In this document: positions 42,001-51,000 of the stretch, one piece after another
Numbering within the stretch: the first letter of the stretch is position 1
How the letters are laid out: each line of letters opens with the position of its first letter
Virus record (IMG/VR): IMGVR_UViG_3300049491_000465
Coordinates: 1-64,000 of that record
From: a virus
DNA: 64,000 bases
Direction: 5' to 3' (one strand)
Notes under the pieces: model-generated
The model's input: the letters and a program-made list of their open reading frames with translations, nothing else
What the model was told of the DNA's origin: nothing
The model's database searches: none
Program-made: the position numbers and the translations under genes

Positions 42001-45000
42001 AAATGTCCCATAAATATCTTCGTGACAATGCTATTAGAACCGGAGGAGAAAGTTCTTTGATAGAAATTAAGACTGGTGCTAATCCTGAGATTATTAAAGC
42101 AAAAGCAAAAGCTTCAAGCGACCTGCTTAGTGCATTATACTCTCATATGGTATCTGTTTCCAGTAAGAAGTACATAAAGATGAATTTGAATTCTTCTGGT
42201 GATAAAATTTCCAGAAAGATAAAAACTCAGTCTCTTGCTGTTGGGGTTCAGGTTGTTCAGGATATTAAATCAAGAATGAACAATGCGTTATTCTCAATGT
42301 CAGAGAATGGTATTGAAATTAATCCAAAGGTTTCTGAGCTTATCACTGAGGGTCAAAACCAAAGATACAGGATCAATTCAAGTGGTGTATTCGATTTGGC
42401 TGGAGGTAAAGCTACTAAGCTGATCGGTTTCACAACTCAAAATGGAAAAATAGTAGACTTTGTTATTCCAGATGGAATTGCCAGTCAGGACATTAAAGAT
42501 TTGCTGAATATAATCAACCTTAAAGGTGATGTTGTCTACACAACAACAATCAAAACCTATATGGGTAATGAATCAGACAGTAATCCGGATCCTGAAAAAA
42601 GAAGAGATCGAAGCAAGATTGCTGAGATTGTCGGTATGTTCATGTTGACAACTAAGAATGCTGTTAATCCATCTCCTTCAGAAACATCTCTTTTAGATGC
42701 TTATTACAAGGAAAACGGATATACAAAAGACTCTCTTGATGATTTGAATGATGACGGAACAGTTGACATGGAGAAAACTGGAACAGACATCTACAAGCCA
42801 ACAGATCTTTATCGATTGATTGAGAATCTTGCAAAAGTTCAATCTGAAATCGGATTGAATAATCATGCTGATTTCTTCTACAATGTAAATGGAGATAAGG
42901 TTTACAAGCATACTAATGGGAATACATTCTTGAGATTATTCAGTAATGCTGATGTTGGTGATAAACTTCCTACATCAAACATTAAAGAATACTATAAGGA
43001 ATTCGTTCTTTCTGATCAGAACATTGAAAACATCATCTACAATCCAAATGTCGCAAGAGCAAATGATGGTAAGATTAAAGTTCTTAACACATTAATGGAT
43101 CCGAATTCAGATCATCATATCATGGATGCTTATGTTGTTGACGGTACGGAGGGTAACTTCAAGTCTGTTCAACAGGGTAAATCAATGACCGATATGGATT
43201 ATGTAGATTTCTCCATAAACGGAATGTTTGTTGACGATATTTTGAGTGGTAAAAAGATTCAGAATATTAGACTTCCTTATCATCAGATATCAAACAAGTC
43301 AGCTTATGTTGCAGAACATAATTTCGGAAGCAATAAATTTACCCATACAGAAAATGGTATAATTGCTGATCGTGCATGGATAAATGAAAATATTAGTAAG
43401 ATATTTTTCTACCATAATAGTGCCAGAAGAGTCTCTTATCTAAGATGGAGAAACGCATTGGTATCCATGGGTTTTAATGTTGACAGAACAACATTTGAAG
43501 GATGGATGACTGATCCTCAATCTTTTAAAAACACTTTATCCATGGCTTCTCAAAGTCTTGGAAAAGTTAATAAAGGTGCGAGCTTTAACGATTTCATTAC
43601 AGGTAGTACTGAACTTGTTGAAAATCGTGACTACAAAATAGGTAGAGATGGATCTGTTCTTCCGGGTAACGCTCCAATGATGACTATTGACAGTGTTTAC
43701 AATTGGAAAAACTTCAATAAATTAAAAGAGGCCAGTGCTGGTGTTTCAGGACTTACTGTTGATGAATTGATCGATTCTTTATTCTACAAAAGACATATTG
43801 ATACAGCTTCACATTTCTCAAGAAATGGATTCAAACTTGATCAAAGATTAAATAATAACAACTGGTTGTTAAAGCAATCTGATAAGAAGAATGCAAAAGG
43901 ATTCAGTATTTGGAAAGTCAATCCTACTCTTGAATCTTATTTGTACGCTTGGCATATTGCTGATCACAACTTGAGTCAGCTCACAATGGGAGACGCTTCT
44001 CAGTACAAAGATATTTCTGATGTAATTAAAAGAAGCTCTGGTCCATTCGCTCAATCATGGAGACCAGATACAAGTTCACCTAATGGAATTGGTAAGTTCT
44101 CCAATGCTGTTATAATTGAGGATATTCAAGGTGAAACATACGAACAACTTGAAACGATATTTGGTCAACCAGGAAATCATGTTGAAACAGATGGTCTTGG
44201 TATAATCAATCCTATTTCTTTGACGATAATGAAAAATTCTTACGGTGGTGAGGAGCTTGGAGTTATTGGAAAAGGAATGCTTAAACCGGTTTACTTTAAA
44301 CCAGACATGAATACCAATGATGCTGTTTATTTTAAATATGCATTATTACCATTAACACAACAAGTTCTTGAGAACTCTTCAATTGCAAGAGAGACCTTCA
44401 GAAAGATGGTTACTCCAGAAATGTTCGAGATGTGGCAATCTGGTAAGACATTCGATGAAATAGCTGATTACGTCGTTGAAAATGGATTACAGCAAGACAT
44501 GTTAATGCAAGCTGTTTTCAAGTCTGGTAACAAAACCGGTAATCGTGGTGTTCAAAAGTTCGATTCTCCGGAGTGGACTACATCTGTTGAGGTTGATAAT
44601 GACTTCTTTGGTATTCAGTTGAATCCTTCTCAAGATGTTGAGAGTACTGAGAATATGGCTGGTCCATCTCAGCTTAATGCAACTCTTGGAATAGGAAGTC
44701 AAAACACTGAAAGAGTTAGTGCTTTAAATGAATTGAAAGCCGGGATTGCTGTCGATGCTTTAGCTAAAATGAAAGGCGACTTTTCTACCGATGGTAATTT
44801 TGACCCTAAAAAGTTTGAAGATTATCTTCGTAAGATTGGCCAGAAATCATCTGAGAAAACTGGTGAGATAACTAAGTTCGCTGAGATGTTGTACGATGAT
44901 AAGGTTGATTTGAACATACCTACTCAACGAACAAAACTTATTCAAATGTATATGAACCGAATTACATCAGACGTAATTAGTCCAAGATGGAATGGTGTTC

Positions 45001-48000
45001 GTATGTCTCAGGCTCCAGGATTTATGTTTCCTATTTACATGGATGTTGATGGTAATCCATACATGGAGAATGAATACAAAAAATACTTTGGAGAACCGGG
45101 TCCTGAATCAATGTCAAGATCACTTCAACCAATGAAGTTCTATAAGGATGAGAAGTTCATAAATGAAATAACAAGTCAGGAAGAATTCGCTTCACTAATG
45201 GAGACCGGAGAGGTCTTTGTTAAACCAGGAGATGTTATTGTTCCATTTAGTTATTTCGAGAAATTTGGATTGAAAGAATACATTGATGCTGATCCTTCTT
45301 TCAGTTTGAATGATGTATTTATGGTTCAGCTTGAAGATGGTAATCTTGCTAATGTAAGATCCATGAACGAAGATGAAACATCAATTCTAATTGATCGTGC
45401 TTTTGATTCTGCTAAAGACAAAAAAGAAGAAGGACTTGATCAAGATGCTATTACTTTCCTTCAAAAGAAATTCAGTTCAGCCAGTGCAGCGAAAGCATTC
45501 ATAAAAGAATTCAGAGAGGCATTACAGGTTATACCGGATCGTATCCCAACATCATCTACTTCTTTTGGGTGGATAGGTGAGATTACCGGTTGGATAAATG
45601 ACAATGGAAACACTGTTTTCACATCAGCTCAAAAGAATATCCTTGATGGTGGTGACTACGATATTGACCAATTGAATATCTACTTCAAGTTCCTTGATTC
45701 AAATGGTAAAATTGTAAAAGGAGACTCAAAACAAGGTAAGATCAATCAAATGTTTGATTTAATTACTGAGTACTACAACGATCCTAAAAACGCTGAGATA
45801 TTCATGAAGCGTTTGAGTATGGAAAAACTTGAAAGCCAGGTTGAAGAGATAAAAAGAACTCAAACTAAATTCAAAGGACATCATAATGACTTTGGTACAA
45901 ACATTTACTATTACGATAACATCAAGCAAGGAGATTCATTAATTGGTATTTTCGCTAACATCGTAAAAACATTCTCGTATTTATCTCATGTTTCAACAAA
46001 AGCAGATGGTCTGTCTTCTAAAGTTGAAATCAATTCTAATTCATTGAACTCATCAGGTGAATACATCTCAAATGTTCTTGAGAGATTCTTGAATGCTGCA
46101 ATGGATAATGTGAAAGAGTCTATACTTGGATACCTTGGGGCCACAGAAGATGCAGGAAATCTTATTGGTGCTGCTGCAATCAAAGGGATGGATGAGATTG
46201 AAATTGCAAACTTGTTGAAAAACGATGTTGTTGTTGATGTCTTCAGAAAGATGAAAAACAGCAAGCGTGTAACAAGTGCAAAAAAATCAAACATACTTGA
46301 TGTTATTGATTCTAAAATTGAAGACATAACAAAAAGAAATTCTATTGATTTAAGAGAAGATCTCGAAAAGCAACTCAAAGAATTAAAAGGTAAGATTGGT
46401 GCTCCAAGTGAGGATGAAGGAATTGATGATGCCTATGTTGCTGAATTCGATAGACTTCAGGAAATGATTAATGACGCTGATAATTTTGAGGTTGTAAAAC
46501 AAGACCAGCTTGACGTTCTTTATCGATTAAAAGATCTCGCTTATTTTGGTGAATCAATCTCAAGACTAAATTCAATCATTCGAATTGATAGTGTAGGAGC
46601 TCCTGTATTTGATTATCACATTGAGAAACAAATCAGAGATGTAGAATACAATCTTGGAATGCCTTTAGATGATTTCCTTGCCGGAAAAACCGGATCAAGT
46701 GATTGGTATAAATCAAGAAAAACATACTTAACTTTTGATGATTCACAAAAACTTGAAGAGAGAGAACCGGCAATAAGAAGCTACCTTGATCTACAAAAAA
46801 TAACAAAAGAGTTACCTCACATCATGGCTTATCTTGAAGCTTTGAATGAGGGTCGTAACAATATGAAAAATACATTCATCAGAAATAGTAAGTTGATTCA
46901 GGATTTATCTGACAGCTTCCTTGGTAAGATGAAAATGGATTGGTTCAGATCTGAGAGATCTTATTATTCATTCCATAATGAAGTTGATAATTTCTTTATC
47001 GCTACATTCTTTGGAACTCATTTCAAAGGAAAGATGTTCCAGTCTCAATTTGGATTAACAAAAGGATCCGAGAGTGTAAACATTTCAACGAGAGAGGGTC
47101 GTTATCAATTTGGAATTGAATTCCCTACTTCTGTAATTGAAGAGGCGGATAGAATAAGAAGAAAACCAAAAGAAGAGCTTACACCAAGAGAATTAGATCT
47201 TGTTGAAAACACTTTCTTGAATTCATTAACTGTAAACTCAACTCCAAGTGGAGACTTTCTGGAGTTCAAGAACAGTTGGAAATTAACTGAGGATGATTTC
47301 CGTGATCTTCGTGCTTCATTTAAGAAGTTACCTGCTGCTTGGAAAGAGAAGTTCTATGTTTATCAATTAGCAAAGGATGGGTTCAACTTTACAAAAGGAG
47401 GTCTTTATGAGGCTATGGACAATGAATTGTTCAGAATGTATTCTACGTTCCTGGATAAAGTAAAAGGAGCTGTTGACACATACGGAACCGACAAGGAAAC
47501 TCCATTTGATTTCATTGACTCCAATGGTGTTCTTGTTCAGAAAACTCTTTCTGAGATATTTGATTCCAATTTCCTTGAAGATGTTGGTGCTATGTCTGAT
47601 GAGATGAATCTACTTCCTTTTGAACCAAGAGAAGGTGGTTTTGAACCTCATCTACAACCCGATCAACATAAGGTCCGTGAAAAGAATGGAAGCTTTACTG
47701 TTTCAAAGGTTAAGAAGAAAGGTCTTGATTCTACGTTCCAACCATCTTCTAAGAAGACCTTTAATGGATATGATCCTTTGAATTCTGTTCTTACTACAAT
47801 GGATGTTATCCGTAAGATATCAAAGGATACTTACAAGAAATTGAAAAGTGGAGCTGAAGCAACGATCAGGTTTAATGGAAAGGTTCAATACAAATTGAAA
47901 GACGCTTACATTCCGGATGGAACTCTTGTTAGAATAAAAAGTGCTACTTCAAATTCAATAACTGTTCTTCCTATTGTAAGTACAAATCCAATGAATGTTT

Positions 48001-51000
48001 ACCAATCAAAAACTGGTAAGGAGGATTTGTTGAATTCAATTGTTGAAAACTCTAAAAATGATTTGAATTCTAAATTGGCAAAATCAATTTTGGAAATGAC
48101 TGATCCTAAATTCTTACAAAGAGGTTTGGTTAATTTCACCAATGAAGATGCTGATGCTACATTCAATGATCAAAGAGAGAAAGGAAATAAAACTCCTGGA
48201 TACTGGGATCAGGCAAGCCGCACAATAGGTATGAATATGTCTCAAATCAGAGATATAAACAAACTTGAACATGTGTTCCTTCATGAGATGATCCATGACA
48301 TTACATTTAATGCAATGGAAATCACAGATCAGGAAGCTGATTCTTTAGGTGAAAAAGGTCAACGAATCAAAGAATTCAAGGAAAACATCGAGAAGATCTA
48401 CCAGAAAGCTAAGTTGGCTTATACTGACAGCGGTGAGAAACACTACGGAATGAAAGATGCTACGGAATTCCTTTCTGAGGCTATCTCAAACCCTGAATTC
48501 CAAAGATTCTTGTCTAATCAAGAGATTGAAGAATCTGTTGGAACAAGTTTTATCGACAAGGTAAAAGATCTTTACAGAGCTGTTATTGGATCAATAAGAA
48601 ACTTACTTGGTATATCTGAGAAAGATGCTCCATACACCATGCTTGATCAGGTTGTTGGTCTTGTTATTCGTCATGCTAAAGCTGGTGATTACGATTTCAA
48701 AACTTCATCAAATACATCTGAAGGAAAGGTATTCTTCTCTGAAGATTCTAAACCGGAAACCGAAGTGAATGAAACGAAAGACATTATCAATAGTCTTCAA
48801 CCGGACGGATTCTCTAAGACTTATACTCAATATCAAGAAGAGCAGTTAGTTACTGACATCTACAATAGTATCGATCCAAAAACCGGTATCTACTACTACA
48901 ATGGTGATAAGTTCTACTTCAAGAGTAAGGAAGGTGAAATGATGGATGAGCTTTCAGCTAAGAATAAGATCAAAAATGAAGTTGTTCCAAAATTCACTGA
49001 GTTCGAAACCAACTATAAGAATAGTGTTATTGGATGGTTGAACAATGGTGCTCAAGTTGACGGTTCATTGCCAGCTACATTCTTCCCTAAGAAAGGTGGC
49101 ACTTCACGTTACAGCCAGGGAACTCTTGGTGAGATGAGAAGACTTATCGATCATGATGTTAACGATTTCTATGTTCGATATAGTGAATTGAAAAACAATG
49201 AGGAATTCAAGGATATACCTTACATAGCTGAGTTTGAAGGATTTGATCCTATTGTTTCGATTCACAAATCAATCGACGGATCAAACATGTCAATCTCTAT
49301 TTTCGATGCAACATCGTTGAGGCTGAACAAAAAAGGTATCCTTGAAGGCAATATCTTCAAGAAGCATATTGCTGATGATTACGAAGCCAGAAACAAAGGT
49401 GTTACCCTTGGTAATAACGAAGGTGATGTTCGTAGATTACTTCTTGGTCTTCAGGTAATGGCTATGAAAAAAGCTAATCCAGATCTTAAAATCAAACACG
49501 TTGGAGTTCTTGGTGTAAGTAATAAATCAATTGATTCTACATGGGTATTCATGGAAGATTTCGTATCCAATGTAAAGGCTATGAATGGAATTGAGGCAAT
49601 CATGAAAACCCTTCCAGAGTCAATCAAGGATATTGTAAGTGATGATTCATTGCACAAACAGGATTATGATCAGCCATGGATATTTATGCTTCGTAGAAAG
49701 TTCCAGCAACGAGTACAAGATCTTGATGGAATTGAAAACCAAGAATTCAATATCAAGAAAATCAATGATTCAGTGAGTCAAATTGATGCTTATTTGAATG
49801 GTCAAGGAAGTAAAGATGAGGTTCTTAATATGATGATTCATCGAATGGAAGAGATCCAGAATACTTATCACAAAGACGAAGAATTATTGAATGATAAAGA
49901 ATACATCTACCTGTCGAATACTATTCGAGAGATGTCTGCTGTTGCTTCATTTGATAAAAATGGAACCAAGGATCTTGATACTATAAAATCATTCTTAACT
50001 CCAACTCCAGATATCAGTCATGATATTGTCAACTGGGCACAAGAACAGATATTCAAATCAATGAGAATTGTTCAGGATAAAGTTCGTGATTTCCAGAATG
50101 ATAAGTTCGTTCCTATTTTAAAAGACTTCAACAATAGATACTTCAAGAAATATCCGGAACAAAGAGCTATGGATTATTTACAGGATCTTTCCGGTAAAAA
50201 GTTTATGCCTTTATTCAAAACCAGAAAGGTTAAAGATCAATCTGGAAATGATATCGAAGTTAACTCAATGGAGATTCATTGGGACATGAATGATGCCGAA
50301 ACAAAAGAAGCAATCAGAACAAATAAAATATCTACTAAAGATGTTGAGTTTGGTAAGTTCATTGTTGATACTCTTGAAGAGCAAATGATCGAGAATATTC
50401 TCCACTCTAAACGTCATGATAAAGGTTTCAAAAAAGAAGATGCCAAGAAAGATCTTGATCGTAAATGGAGAAGAGGAATGATTCCAGTGATGAGTTCTTC
50501 TGTCAATGAAATGTTAATGAAGAAGGATGCTAAAAGTGCCAAGGCTGCTTATGATAAATTCTTCAGACAATTGACTAATCTTGACGATATCTACGATGAG
50601 GTTGACAAGCAAAAATTAAAAGATACCAAACGTCAAAAGATCCTCAAAGAAATGACTGATTTCTTCATGAATCAAATTGGTCTTGACTCTGATATTTATG
50701 GTTCTGATGCCAGAATGAAAATGATGGGATTAAGAAATGACATTACCGGTCCTATCTTGATGGATTCAAACACTAATGAGAACTTGAGCACAAACCTTGA
50801 GTTGATCACGATGTATATGGTGTCATCAAGTGAGCGTAAACGAGTATTTGACAAGAAGGTTCTTCCTTACGTTAATGCTGCACAAACAATGCTTCATAAC
50901 CCTCAATTATCAGGTCTTGATGGTGATCAGCAGGTAACTAAATCTTATTTCCAGAATTATATCAATTCAGTATTGAAAGGAATGCCTGAGACTACTGATT

